Below, piece after piece: positions 10,611 through 20,737 of a stretch of 64,000 nt of DNA (position 1 is its first letter; the number at the start of each line of letters is the position of its first letter). The stretch is taken from positions 3,136,001 to 3,200,000 of the forward strand of contig OZ250169.1 of the NCBI GenBank assembly GCA_965237955.1, given 5' to 3'. Below the pieces are notes generated by a model, which made no database searches, had not been told where the DNA came from, and was given only the letters and a program-made list of their open reading frames with translations. The stretch is from Candidatus Marinacidobacterales bacterium. GTDB taxonomy: Bacteria > Acidobacteriota > Vicinamibacteria > Marinacidobacterales > SMYC01. The position numbers were made by a program, and so were the translations under genes.

Positions 10611-10815
10611 GAGCTACCCTCAAAAAGTGTGGAAATGAAGTAAAGGCGGAGTAACCTTCCGCGTCGCAAAACACGGCCTGAAGAGGCCTACGGAAGGAAG
10701 ACACCGCCATGAAGGAAAAGACCACAGGAGGTAGGAGCTCGTCAAGGGTGGCCTGGGAGTCGCTGGAGAAGTGGGCGAGGCTTGAGATCCAGGATTGGCT
10801 CCAGGAGCTGATGGT
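10611..10815 (+). mobile_element. IS256-like left-end fragment
   Basis: GAGCTACCCTCAAAAAGTGTGGAAATGAAGTAAAGG (similar to ~35296) plus N-terminal peptide MKEKTT...WESLEKWARLEIQDWLQELM. Confidence 0.5.
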
Positions 10816-10856
10816 CGTCCTGTTTCAAAAGGCCCGAGTTTTGGCACAGGACGGGG

Positions 10857-11111
10857 AAGAGTCTTGACCTGGGTCACGAGCGCTAGAAACTTCCGCCAAT
10901 TCAGAAACTGTCTGAACCGCTCCCGGACTCGATAAGTGCCGCTGCCGAGATCTTCGATGAAGCCCCGAAACTGCTTCGACCAATAAGTATTGAGCGCGCC
11001 AAGCGTCCAGCCCGTGGCGTTGAGCACGTCCTCCTTTGTGAACGGCTCCAGCGTGTGCAATCGTTCCGCGAAGAATTTATGCGCAGCGCGTTGTGTCGTG
11101 TCATCTGCCAT
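10857..11111 (-). pseudogene. hypothetical protein, 3'-truncated by an element end
   Basis: Translationally coupled to the nuclease gene. The reading frame runs into the GGACGGGG end at ~10856. Confidence 0.55.
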
Positions 11112-11534
11112 CAGATCGTCTCCTTTGCTCTTGCGATGAACGAATCGAGGGTTAGAACTTCCACGTTCTCCGAGTTTCTCAAATATTGCTGCAGCCTACC
11201 GCTCGTGTAGAAGCTTCGCGGCTTCCACCCCTCACCGCCGAGAACGACGTAGGCTTTGTGATGGATTCCTGGCTGCGGCTGCATGGCTTCGACGAGACAG
11301 ATCATCTCGAATGGAACCTTCTGTTCTGCCGTGCCGGAGACCTGTTGCCATTTCACCGAGATCAAATGCTTGCGTCCGTTCTTCTCGGCAACCGCGTCGA
11401 CGTAGTGCCGCCCGTGACCGAGTCGCTGACCGATGTGGACTTGAGCGGTCCATTGATAATTGTCCCTGCTCTAGCGCTGGTAAGATCATCGCCTCCAATA
11501 CACCGCCGGTTCGCGTATCGCGGCCTGGGCTCAT
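11111..11534 (-). pseudogene. PD-(D/E)XK restriction endonuclease-like gene, 1-nt frameshift at ~11462
   Basis: Joining the frames gives TGGVLEAMI...HYVDAVA...ISVKWQQVSGTAEQKVPFE...YVVLGGEGW. Overlaps the MTase stop. Confidence 0.75.
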
Positions 11535-12439
11535 TTCAGGTTACGGAAGGCGAGGACCTCGGGTGCGGGCGTCCGATCCCCGTTGCAGCTTATACGTCGA
11601 GGTGCGTCGAGGAATTTCAACCTGAACTTCAGGGACTCATAGAGCGTTACTATTCGATCAGTAGCTTGGTTCGACAAGATCACTGGCCCCTTATGCTTCG
11701 AGAGCCATTCCGCCGTCTGCAATTGTTCATCCCAACCGAAGCCACCTCGCGAGTATTGGGTGAACTCAACATCGTATGGCGGATCAGCGTAAACAAAGTC
11801 ATCGTCTCGAAGCTCTAGCGCCTCGAAATGAGTGTTGGCTAATTCCCACTTCGCGAAGATTGACTTGTATTCGAGGAAATCTGTACGGTAGTTGATGCTC
11901 TTGTACTTCCCAAAGGGAACATTGAAACCGCCGCTGCTATTAAACCGACACAGCCCGTTATAGCCAGTCCGGTTCAAGTAGTAAAAGAGGGATGCGGCCT
12001 CGACCGTATCGCCTTGCCCCGCCGCAAGTAGCTTGTTGAACCGCTTCCGGTGCGTGTAATAACGTGTCTTTGCGTTGGTCATCGACAACGTGATGACGAG
12101 GCCCTGCTTCAACCAGCGGTAGAAGTTAATCAGATGTGGATTGATGTCGTTGAGAAGCGCCCGGTCCGGTAGAAGTCCCAGGGTGACGGCGAGTGCACCA
12201 CAGAACGGTTCGACGAGGCGGCGATGGCTTTCGGCGCGCCAGACGTCAATCAGGTGGCGAACCTGCCATCTCTTGCCGCCGGCCCACTTGAGAGGGGGGC
12301 GGGGGGCGAGCGCTTTGGAAACTTTAGGCGGCTGAGGCTGAAGGTTTACTGAGCGTAGCACTGATCGTGTCCTATCAAGAGGATGTCCCGCGCCCTGTTG
12401 AACTTGGTCGGTACAGCGGCTCATTGTGAACGTACTCAC
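11531..12439 (-). CDS. Dam-like (D12 class) N6-adenine DNA methyltransferase (start uncertain, possibly later)
   Basis: PLKWAGGK, EPFCG, NDIN, YLNRTGYNGLCRFN..GGFNVPFGKY, DPPY. Confidence 0.95.
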   Translation of the reverse strand: MSTFTMSRCTDQVQQGAGHPLDRTRSVLRSVNLQPQPPKVSKALAPRPPLKWAGGKRWQVRHLIDVWRAESHRRLVEPFCGALAVTLGLLPDRALLNDINPHLINFYRWLKQGLVITLSMTNAKTRYYTHRKRFNKLLAAGQGDTVEAASLFYYLNRTGYNGLCRFNSSGGFNVPFGKYKSINYRTDFLEYKSIFAKWELANTHFEALELRDDDFVYADPPYDVEFTQYSRGGFGWDEQLQTAEWLSKHKGPVILSNQATDRIVTLYESLKFRLKFLDAPRRISCNGDRTPAPEVLAFRNLK

Positions 12440-12479
12440 GCAATATTCTCAGTAACAATGGAATCTTGTTCGCTTCGAA

Positions 12480-12605
12480 CGGGTGAGGCACCGAGTTCAT
12501 CTCACGGTACCCCTTGATTCGGCGAAACTTCTCTTCGGCGGTGATGACACCGAGAGCGGTCCACCGACGAATCATCTCCGGACTCCTCCATCTCTTCACG
12601 TTGCG
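12480..12605 (-). pseudogene. IS256-family transposase C-terminal fragment
   Basis: RNVKRWRSPEMIRRW...AEEKFRRIKGY, comparable to the C-terminus of 33888-35177. Confidence 0.7.
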
Positions 12606-13031
12606 AGGCTCCCTTGTTTTCTTGTTGATGTACCTGCAGTTCGAAATCCTTCTACAGCGTAAGAACTGACAGCCCAGACAACATCGTCCCTTCCCCTCAT
12701 TCGCACGCACAGAGACGCCCCCTCATTGGATTATAGGGTTAACGCGGATTCGTGTGGGTAAGTTCTGACGGAAAAACAGTGTAACTCATTGTGTGGAAAA
12801 GGTATCGAGTACTTCATCAGGTGCTGAAAAGTGGTCCATTTTTAGGATAGGCTAACCGAGTGAAAAATTCCCAGTCGATCCCGTATGGTGCAAATAGTAC
12901 GTCGAGCTCGACGTCGCGTCTGGTCAATATACTCGAACGCCCAGCGGGTCAGCAGTTTGCACCTTTCCAAAGGCTGCTTGAATCCGCCATCGCGGTCGGA
13001 TACGTATTCCAGTTCAGCGGAAGGAGTCGCG

Positions 13032-13243
13032 ATGGACTGGAAGACCATGCTGGGCTACGTCTCAGGATCCGTGGATGAGAAATTGCTCCTGCGCAACGGG
13101 TATCTTGTGGCCGAGAATCGAGTTCTTCGAAATCAGATCCAGGGTCGCTTGCGCCTGACCGATGCGAAACGTCCCGGCGCGACGGTCTTGAGTCCGTTTG
13201 TGTTTTTGGACACGACGGCGTTTGTGTTTTTGGACACCACGGG
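13032..13243 (+). pseudogene. rve integrase N-terminal fragment plus duplicated element end
   Basis: YLVAENRVLRNQIQGRLRLTD. Two tandem GTTTGTGTTTTTGGACAC ends are the reverse complement of 48099-48120. Confidence 0.7.
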
Positions 13244-13258
13244 GACACTATGAGGTAC

Positions 13259-13287
13259 TTGACAGGATTTGGCCCATTTTATATGCT
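13259..13287 (+). promoter_or_regulatory. sigma70-type promoter of the HTH-peptidase operon
   Basis: TTGACA-17 bp-TATGCT, followed by a GGAGG RBS before the TTG at 13321. Confidence 0.65.
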
Positions 13288-13320
13288 AATCAGCGGATTA
13301 TCATAGGCGGAGGCCACGAT

Positions 13321-13644
13321 TTGAAAACGTTCGGTCAGATCATCGCCGAGGCCCGCAAAACGCTCGGTATCAGCCAGAAGGACCTAGCCGGCAAGACGCT
13401 CAAGCAAGACGGGACGCCGATCTCGCCCCAATATCTCAACGATATCGAGCATGGCCGGCGCGACCCGCCCGCGGAGTTCATCATCGATCAGCTGGCCAGG
13501 ACCCTGAAGCTCTCCAAGGAGTACCTCACGGCCGCCGCGGGCCAGTGGCCGCCAGATCTGCGCGACAAGCTCGCCGGGTCCGATCCCAAGAAGGTCGAAG
13601 AGGCGTTTACGGCCTTCCGCAAGGTGCTCAAGGACAAGTCCTGA
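13321..13644 (+). CDS. XRE-family HTH regulator (CapH-like)
   Basis: FGQIIAEARKTLGISQKDLA...ISPQYLNDIEHGRRDPP. Adjacent to an ImmA/IrrE peptidase. Confidence 0.9.
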   Translation: MKTFGQIIAEARKTLGISQKDLAGKTLKQDGTPISPQYLNDIEHGRRDPPAEFIIDQLARTLKLSKEYLTAAAGQWPPDLRDKLAGSDPKKVEEAFTAFRKVLKDKS

Positions 13645-13663
13645 TACGAAAGGGCTGATCAGC

Positions 13664-14365
13664 ATGAGGTGGACCTGCGACACGTCCGGCCGGTTCCGGC
13701 AGCGCCCGTATTACACAGATTCGGAACTTGAGCAGATCTGCGAGGACGCGATTTGCGGGTTTCTTCGAGAGCGCCACGGCAAGGCCGTTTTCCCGGTCAG
13801 CACCGCCGACCTGACCGTCCTGATCGAGCAACACGTCGACGATCTCGACAGCTATAGCGACCTTGAGGACGGCATCGATGGCCTCACGCACTTCTTCCCG
13901 AAGAAGAAGCCGAAGGTCAAGATCGCCTCCCGGCTCCAGGAAGCGTATCTCGAGAACCGCTTGCGCACGACACTGACACACGAACACGGGCACGTCCTTC
14001 TCCACGGCTTCCTGTTCGCCATGGAAGAAGAACTGAAGAAGCTGTTCGATGGAGAGCCAAAGGAGACGCGCAACACCTGCCACCGAGACCACATTCACGG
14101 AGGCGCCACCGACTGGATGGAGTGGCAGGCCGGCTTCGCCTGCGGCGCCCTGCTTATGCCTCAGACCGAACTCTCACGCGCCGTCAAGGCGTTCCGGGAC
14201 GCCGAACAGATACCCTACGCCGATATCGGTGTGAAGACGGAATCCGGCAAGCGACTCATTTCAAAGGTGATGGACGTGTTTCAGGTGTCCGAGGACGCCG
14301 CGCGCGTGCGCCTCGAGCAGCGCAAGGCCATCGTCCGGAACCCGGTGGCCGGGCTCGTCGGCTGA
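13664..14365 (+). CDS. ImmA/IrrE-family zinc metallopeptidase (CapP-like)
   Basis: RLRTTLTHEHGHVLLH (HExxH), EWQAGFACGALLMP, FQVSEDAARVRL. Confidence 0.9.
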   Translation: MRWTCDTSGRFRQRPYYTDSELEQICEDAICGFLRERHGKAVFPVSTADLTVLIEQHVDDLDSYSDLEDGIDGLTHFFPKKKPKVKIASRLQEAYLENRLRTTLTHEHGHVLLHGFLFAMEEELKKLFDGEPKETRNTCHRDHIHGGATDWMEWQAGFACGALLMPQTELSRAVKAFRDAEQIPYADIGVKTESGKRLISKVMDVFQVSEDAARVRLEQRKAIVRNPVAGLVG

Positions 14366-14389
14366 ATTTTTTTGCGTATGGTATACTCT

Positions 14390-14423
14390 GAACCGCGGAT
14401 TCGCGGATATGCGTGGTATAATT
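14390..14423 (+). promoter_or_regulatory. putative promoter/operator upstream of the Ubl gene
   Basis: Extended -10 TGGTATAAT preceded by the imperfect palindrome CCGCGGATTCGCGG. Confidence 0.45.
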
Positions 14424-14511
14424 AACCGTATGGAGGTTTTGCGATTCGTGAGCCTTAACCAGACGCAAGGAGGATTCGCCCAAATCCTTTCACAATCGGA
14501 GGAGCAAACCC

Positions 14512-14760
14512 ATGAATGGTGACACGCAGATTTACGTGAGCGGTCGAGAGTACAAAGTCCCAGGCGATGTCGTGAGTTATGAGCAGATCGTGAAGATCTG
14601 GAACGAGCTGCACGAGGCGGAGAACAAGCACATCATCGGCACGCCCGGCATCGACTACGACGACAGCTTGAAAGGTGAGGACGGTATTCTCCTTCCGGGC
14701 AAGGACGTTGAGGTCAAGGACGGCACGAGCTTCTCGGTCGACCCCGAACATGTCTCGTAA
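14512..14760 (+). CDS. multi-ubiquitin-domain (Ubl) protein
   Basis: IYVSGREYKV...VSYEQIVKI...GILLPGKDVEVKDGTSFSV...S* is a typical pattern. GGAG RBS present. Confidence 0.8.
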   Translation: MNGDTQIYVSGREYKVPGDVVSYEQIVKIWNELHEAENKHIIGTPGIDYDDSLKGEDGILLPGKDVEVKDGTSFSVDPEHVS

Positions 14761-14890
14761 GGACCGCCTCTCCGCGTTCGGTGAGCAGGCCGGGTTTACC
14801 GTCAGGGTTGAATCCGACGTTCTCCGGGCCATCCGGGTTCCTTGTCTCCTTGCAGGTGGGGTTGTTGGCACTTGTACCATTGAGAAGTTT
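14750..14890 (+). pseudogene. N-terminal remnant of the gene following Ubl (resembles the DUF6791 N-terminus of ThiF fusion proteins)
   Basis: The ATG overlaps the Ubl end. GFTVRVESDVLRAIRVPCL..GVVGTCTI is cut off by an IS200 fragment. Resemblance recalled, not searched. Confidence 0.45.
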
Positions 14891-15065
14891 AAAGACAACA
14901 TGGTATTTGCAGTCGTACCGCGTGTGCGATAGGCTTTCGTAGTTTTTCATTGAGTCCTCCTTGTTTGGAAGTTGGCGCTTTCTAAGGAGGACTTTGTTAT
15001 TACTGCCTCACACGGTCAAACCTCTGTGAGTCACCCCCGGCAGAGCCGGGGTTTACCTGTGATAA
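14890..15065 (-). mobile_element. IS200/IS605 left-end fragment
   Basis: MKNYESLSHTRYDCKYHVVF plus the hairpin CCCCGGCAGAGCCGGGG. Similar to 1325-1500. Confidence 0.85.
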
Positions 15066-15235
15066 TTACAGCCAAAAATAGCGCTCGCGACCTTCGCCGC
15101 ACGCTAAATGGAGTGTAAGCGCTTTTTTTGCAAAGGGATACGTACACATCACCAACAGCAAACAGCGCAAGCACCCTGAAACTTGACAATACCCCGGTTC
15201 CAAACGAAACAGGCCGTCGGCTTTTCTAGCGACAA

Positions 15236-18142
15236 ATGGAGCGACAAATGTTGACACTTTGCAATCACAGACCGGCTTTCCTTTTGCTGGTGCTGGTTTT
15301 CGCTGCCGTCGTGTACGCGCCCGGCGTTGCCAACGCCCAGGACGCGACGATCTCCGGGACGGTTACCGACGCCACGGGCAGCATTCTCCCCGGCGTCACC
15401 GTGGAAGCGCGGGACGCGGCGGGCAGCGGGCGGGTGACCGTCACCGACGGGACTGGCCAGTTCACGTTCAGCGGTCTCGCCCCGGGGACATACGGCGTGA
15501 CGTTCACTCTCTCCGGCTTCACCGCGCCCGCGCAGGTGGTGGAGGTGAGCGCCGGCGCCACGGCCTCCATCAACGTGGAGATGGCGGTCGGAGGATTTGA
15601 AGAACTGGTGGTCGTTGTCGGGACCCGTGCCCAGCCGCGGTCGGTGACCGACTCGGCCGTGCCGATCGACGTCATCCGAAGCGAGGATTTCGCCAGCCAG
15701 GGCAGTACGGACCTGGGCGAGCAGTTGCGGACCGTCATCCCCTCGTTCAACATCAGCATTCAACCGATCAGCGACGCGGCGACCATCGTCCGGCCAGCGT
15801 CCCTGCGCAATTTGGCGCCGGATCACACGCTGATCCTAGTCAACGGCAAGCGCCGCCACCGCGCGGCGGTCATCACCTGGCTTGGCAACGGCATCGCGGA
15901 TGGTTCGCAGGGACCGGATCTCTCCGTCATCCCCTCGATTGCGATTCGGCAGGCCGAGGTGCTGCGCGACGGCGCAGCGGCGCAATACGGCTCGGATGCC
16001 ATTGCCGGCGTCATGAACTTCCAGCTCAAGGATGCCCGTTCGGGCGGCAGCCTGGAGTTCCGCACAGGCGCCTACCTCGATGCGAACCCGGGTAGCCTGT
16101 CCACCTGCGGGGAGGGCATCATCGGCGACATCAAGCATTCCTGCAACGGGATCGGCGGCCGGGGGCAGGCGGTCACGGTCGCCGCGAATGCCGGACTGCC
16201 GCTCGGCAGGACCGGGTTCGTGAACCTCAGCCTGGAGTACGGCAACGCCGGGCCGACCAACCGCAGCATTCAGCGCACGGATGCGCAGAACATCATCGAG
16301 GCCGGCAATACGAACCTGCGCAACCCGGCCCAGGTCTGGGGATCACCGAAACTCGAGGACGACCTGAAGCTGTTCGTCAACTTCGGTCATCTGTTCGCGA
16401 ACCAATGGCAATTTTACGGCCACACCAACTACGCGAGCCGCACGGTGACTGGCGGCTTCTACTTCCGGAACCCGCATACCCGCGGCGGGGTCTTCCGCGG
16501 CCCCGTGGTCGACGGCCTCCCGACCCTGCTCGTCGGCGACCGGGTCTGGGCCGAGACCGGCGTCAAGGGCGCCGGCGGCTGCCCCGCGGTCCCGATCATC
16601 GGCAACGTCCCCGATGCGGCCGCCCTCCAGCAGGTCGAGGCCGACCCGAACTGCTTCACGCTCCACAGCCGGTTCCCCGGCGGGTTCACGCCGCAGTTCG
16701 GCGGCGACCTCATCGACCATTCGGTAGTCGCCGGCCTGCGCCGGCTCTCAAGCACCGGCCTCAACTGGGACACGAGCATCAACATCGGCACCAGCCAAGT
16801 CGATCAGTTCATCTTTGATACGGTCAACGCGTCGCTCGGCTACGACACGCCGACGTCGTTCAAGCCCGGCAGCTACCGGCAGCACGACGTCAACATCAAC
16901 TTCGACGTCTCGTACCCGGTCAGCGACATGGTGAACGTCGCGGGCGGCACGGAGTGGCGTGACGAGCAGTTCACGATCGGCGCGGGCGGGCAGCCGTCGT
17001 GGGAGATCGGCCCGTATGCCGCCCAGGGCTTTAGCTCCGGGTCGAACGGCTTCAACGGTTACCGAGCTGACACGACGGCGGGCAGCTGGAACCGCAGCAA
17101 CGTGGCGGTCTACGGGGACGTCGAGTTTAACGACCCGGGCGGCCAGTGGACGGTCGGCACGGCCGTCCGGTTCGAGAACTTCGAGGACTTCGGCACAACG
17201 ACGAACGGCAAGCTCGCGGCGCGCGTCGGACTGACCGACGCGTTCTCGCTGCGTGGCGCCGTGAGCAGCGGGTTCCGGGCACCGACCCCAGGGCAGCAGC
17301 ACGCGTTCAACGTGACGACTGCGTTCATCGGCGGGCAGTTGACCAACAACGGCGTCGTCCCGGCTACCTCCGCGGTGGCCGTCGCGCGGGGCGGCGGGCA
17401 GCTCCAGCCTGAAAAATCACTCAACGTCAGCGCGGGCGTGGTCTTCGAGCAAGGCCCATTCACTTTCACCGCCGACTACTTCCGGATCAATATTGACGAT
17501 CGTGTCGCCCTGTCGCAGGAAATCGCACTGTCGGAGCCCGAGATCCTGACGCTGCTTGAGGAAGGGATTCCCGAGGCGCGGAATTTCCCCGTGTTCCGGT
17601 TCTTCCTGAACGACTTCTCGACGACAACCCAGGGTCTCGACTTGATTGCGAGCCTGGCGGTCGGGCGCACGACGGTCAGCGCGGTCTTCAACTACACGGA
17701 CACAGCAGTCAAGAATATCGAGAGCGCCGTGATCGATGAATTCCGCATCAACACGCTGGAACGGGGATTGCCGAATACCCGATGGAACGTCAGCACCATC
17801 CACCGCGCCGACCGGTGGAGCCTGATGGGCCGGCTGAACTACTTCGGCCAGTTCTGGGACAGCGAAGATGGACGGAATGCCGTCGATGTCGCTGGCGGAC
17901 CGGCGGAGCCCTGGCTGTACCCGGCCTATTCAGGCAAGGCGTTGCTCGACCTCGAACTCGGCATTCCGTTCGGCGATGCCGTCACCCTGGTGGTCGGCGG
18001 TGAAAACGTGCTGGGCACGTACCCCGACGTGAACAGGTTCGGCACTGACACGGTCGGCAATCAATACGGCCAGTTCTCACCGTTTGGCTTCAATGGCACC
18101 TACTACTACACGCGCCTCAACTACCGGTGGGGAGGCATGTAG
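15236..18142 (+). CDS. TonB-dependent receptor with N-terminal carboxypeptidase-regulatory-like domain
   Basis: Signal peptide, ISGTVTD domain, EELVVVVGTR, LILVNGKRRH, DGAAAQYGSDAIAGV, SSGFRAP and a C-terminal YTRLNYRW. Confidence 0.97.
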   Translation: MERQMLTLCNHRPAFLLLVLVFAAVVYAPGVANAQDATISGTVTDATGSILPGVTVEARDAAGSGRVTVTDGTGQFTFSGLAPGTYGVTFTLSGFTAPAQVVEVSAGATASINVEMAVGGFEELVVVVGTRAQPRSVTDSAVPIDVIRSEDFASQGSTDLGEQLRTVIPSFNISIQPISDAATIVRPASLRNLAPDHTLILVNGKRRHRAAVITWLGNGIADGSQGPDLSVIPSIAIRQAEVLRDGAAAQYGSDAIAGVMNFQLKDARSGGSLEFRTGAYLDANPGSLSTCGEGIIGDIKHSCNGIGGRGQAVTVAANAGLPLGRTGFVNLSLEYGNAGPTNRSIQRTDAQNIIEAGNTNLRNPAQVWGSPKLEDDLKLFVNFGHLFANQWQFYGHTNYASRTVTGGFYFRNPHTRGGVFRGPVVDGLPTLLVGDRVWAETGVKGAGGCPAVPIIGNVPDAAALQQVEADPNCFTLHSRFPGGFTPQFGGDLIDHSVVAGLRRLSSTGLNWDTSINIGTSQVDQFIFDTVNASLGYDTPTSFKPGSYRQHDVNINFDVSYPVSDMVNVAGGTEWRDEQFTIGAGGQPSWEIGPYAAQGFSSGSNGFNGYRADTTAGSWNRSNVAVYGDVEFNDPGGQWTVGTAVRFENFEDFGTTTNGKLAARVGLTDAFSLRGAVSSGFRAPTPGQQHAFNVTTAFIGGQLTNNGVVPATSAVAVARGGGQLQPEKSLNVSAGVVFEQGPFTFTADYFRINIDDRVALSQEIALSEPEILTLLEEGIPEARNFPVFRFFLNDFSTTTQGLDLIASLAVGRTTVSAVFNYTDTAVKNIESAVIDEFRINTLERGLPNTRWNVSTIHRADRWSLMGRLNYFGQFWDSEDGRNAVDVAGGPAEPWLYPAYSGKALLDLELGIPFGDAVTLVVGGENVLGTYPDVNRFGTDTVGNQYGQFSPFGFNGTYYYTRLNYRWGGM

Positions 18143-18208
18143 GGGGGAGGGCTCCCGGTAGGGTCGAGGGCTGGCGCGGTGCTCCGTAGGCGCGGCCTAT
18201 CTGTTTCT

Positions 18209-18604
18209 CCCCGTCCTGTGCCAAAACTCGACCCTTTCGAAATAGACCATAAATCACCGGCTTAGTGTCTGTGTTTGCGACCGGGCCAATAAAAGGCCCA
18301 CCGATGAGGCTCCCTCACTATTATAGTCGGCACCCTGGGCATCAGCGGGGGAACTGTCCGGCCCAGCAGGCTTCTGGTCAGGCTCCATCGCGGTAGGGTC
18401 GAGGGCTGGCACGGTGCTCCGTAGGCGCGGCCTATCTGTTTTCCCCGTTTCCTGTGGGAGTGCCCGTAAGGTCAAAATACTCATGCGGCTTCCCTATGGT
18501 AGAAACGTAGCAACCCGCCAAGCCGTTCACGGGAGCGCACCATAGACACTAAGCTGCTGATTTATGGTCTATTTCAAAAGGGCCGAGTTTTGGCACAGGA
18601 CGGG
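18209..18604. repeat. pair of inverted long-TIR element ends enclosing ~250 bp of non-coding DNA
   Basis: CCCCGTCCTGTGCCAAAACTC at 18209 and GAGTTTTGGCACAGGACGGGG ending at 18604. MITE-like derivative of the 55511-56943 element. Confidence 0.7.
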
Positions 18605-18792
18605 GTGGCGGATGGTGCAGGTTGGAGCTATCCGGTCTCGGCAAAAGGTGGTCCAGCTTTTGGCGGAAATCCTCAAACAGAAAAGTCAGTGGAGATTCAG
18701 GAGGTTTCGAGCTTCGCGCATTTCTAGAATTTATGGATGCGTACGCACAGGTTTTGCGAGAAGGCTGTTTTACGCGCTCTCGGGTTTCAACC

Positions 18793-19879
18793 TGCCTTGG
18801 TGCACAACTCCGATAGAGGCCGAGAGCTCGCTTGGCCCCGACTCCCATCATCCGATCATCTCGCTATCAGGCATCCCGAGCGCCGTCATGGTGTTGAGAA
18901 TCTTGCACCCGATCCTTGCCTCGACTCTCTGTGCCGCCAACCCTCTCGCTCGCATTGCTGAGCCCACGATAGCCTTGTAGCGATGGAACGTTGTCTCGAC
19001 TTTGCTCCGTTTGCTGTAGCCCGATTCTGTGTGCCACTTTCGTTTGCCGAGCCGAGCTTGTGCTGCAATGTTGCGATTGCGCTGTCGGCTGCTCGCCGGC
19101 CCCGATGCGAGCTGGGCGCCCTTGCGCGGCGGTATCAGCACCCTCGGCGAGCGATGAGCGCTGTGATTCTCGATCGCCTCATAGACGCCGCTGGCGTCGT
19201 ATGCGGTGTCAGCTCTGGCCGATGAGATGGGACTGTCGATCTGTCCGACAAGCGATGCAACCCGCGATGAATCGCGGGCTCTTTTGCTCGTCAGCTCGCC
19301 GGCAACGACTTCGCCAGTCTGCTCGTCGACACACAGATGGAGCTTGCGATAGTCCCTGCTCTTTGGTGCTCTGCGCAGCTGGCCGGCGTGGACAGCGAGA
19401 CCGCTGCTGTCGATCAAGATGTGCAACGGCGTCTTCTGCTTGTCTTGGTAGAAGGGGACCTTACCCAGCTTCGCCTTGCGCCTCGAAATCGTGGTGTGAT
19501 CGGGCACATCATTGTCTAGCTTCATCAGAGCGAACAACGATCGTAGCAATCCCTCGCTCTGCCTAGATGACAGATGAAACACCATGCCCAGGGTGACAGC
19601 CGTCTCGATGGCGTGGTTCGAGTACTTGCGTTGACGGCCCGGTTTCCTCCTCCTTGGCCGGGGCGCGTCCCAGTTCACAAGCTTGCCGGCGGTGAGCGAG
19701 ATCCAGACGGTCAGGCTCCCACGGTTGCGTAGACCCGCCTCATATTCACGCCAATTCCTCACGCGATAGGCCTTCTTCACATACTTCCGCTGAGTGCGTT
19801 TGAAAATGCTCATGGGGAACCTCGAATCCGTGAGTACAGGACAATTGTGGACCGAGATCGCGAGTTGTGCACCAAGGCA
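18793..19879 (-). mobile_element. IS5-family element, copy 1 (transposase 18848-19813)
   Basis: TIR TGCCTTGGTGCACAACTC / GAGTTGTGCACCAAGGCA. Motifs YRVRNWREYE..L..RGSLT, IDSSG, RKLHL, RSKVET. Confidence 0.95.
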
Positions 19880-20493
19880 GTTGCGACGCGGGAAATTTCC
19901 GCCTCGCGGCGGCTCGTTCATGTCGAACTCGGAGATTACGGCGCCGTTTCGAGAAATTTGCTCCGCGAGTTTCCGGTGCTCGCGTGGATAGATGTTTCTG
20001 AGCCCGGAGCCGAGGACGGCGATGGTGCGGCCACGGGCGTCGAGGGCGCCGCGATGCGAGGCCGCGTCGATACCGCGTGCGAGGCCGCTCACGATCGTCA
20101 GTCCAGCCGCCGAGAGTGCGGCCGCGAGGCGGCGGCTCATTTCGAGGCCGTAACGGGTCGCGCGTCTCGAGCCGACGATCGCGAGACCGAGTGCGTCGTC
20201 AGGCTCGAGTCGGCCCAAAACCGAGATCACCGGAGGCGGGTCGGGGGCGGCTCGGAGAAGGCGAGGGTAGAGAGGGTCCGTCATGCACAGAGCTTCGAGA
20301 CCCGCTGTTCGAATCTCCTCGAGGACCCGTTTCCGGCGGCGGACGCCGAATGGGGGATCCGGCTGAGCGCCGCGCGGAAGCTCCCGTGCTCGCGCACGAG
20401 TTCGAGTCGCACCCGCCGCGGCGGGGTGGTTAGCATGGCCACGGTAAAAGCCGCGAGCAGCTCCGGGTGGGGTGTTGAGCCTTTCACAGACAT
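19880..20493 (-). pseudogene. dprA: DNA-processing protein DprA, frameshifted (~20340) and truncated by IS5
   Basis: YPRLL..PDPPP, AIVGSRRATRYG, IVSGLARGIDAASHRGAL, TIAVLGSG, ISEF, NFPRRN, then IS5 sequence. Confidence 0.92.
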
Positions 20494-20737
20494 GGGGACC
20501 TCCTTTGAGGAGAATGCAGACGCGCTTCGCTAACGGAGCGCTTGTTCACTGAAGATGACGAGAAACGGCCCGGCAGACCTCCCTCGACACCAGGTTGAAA
20601 ATCGCTCGAGCCCGTCAACCGTGTCAGGGACGCGAAGGTGCTTCTTGCGCGGCCTAGGGGGGTGGGCTACCATGGCCAAGCCGCCGCCACCACGAGAGTG
20701 ATGGAACCTCGTTATTTGCTGAAATACAGAGGTAGAT

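Noticed and set aside
18848-20284. 478-aa DprA-transposase fusion protein
   Set aside because: Chance in-frame read-through from truncated dprA into IS5. The transposase has its own start, as in copy 2.
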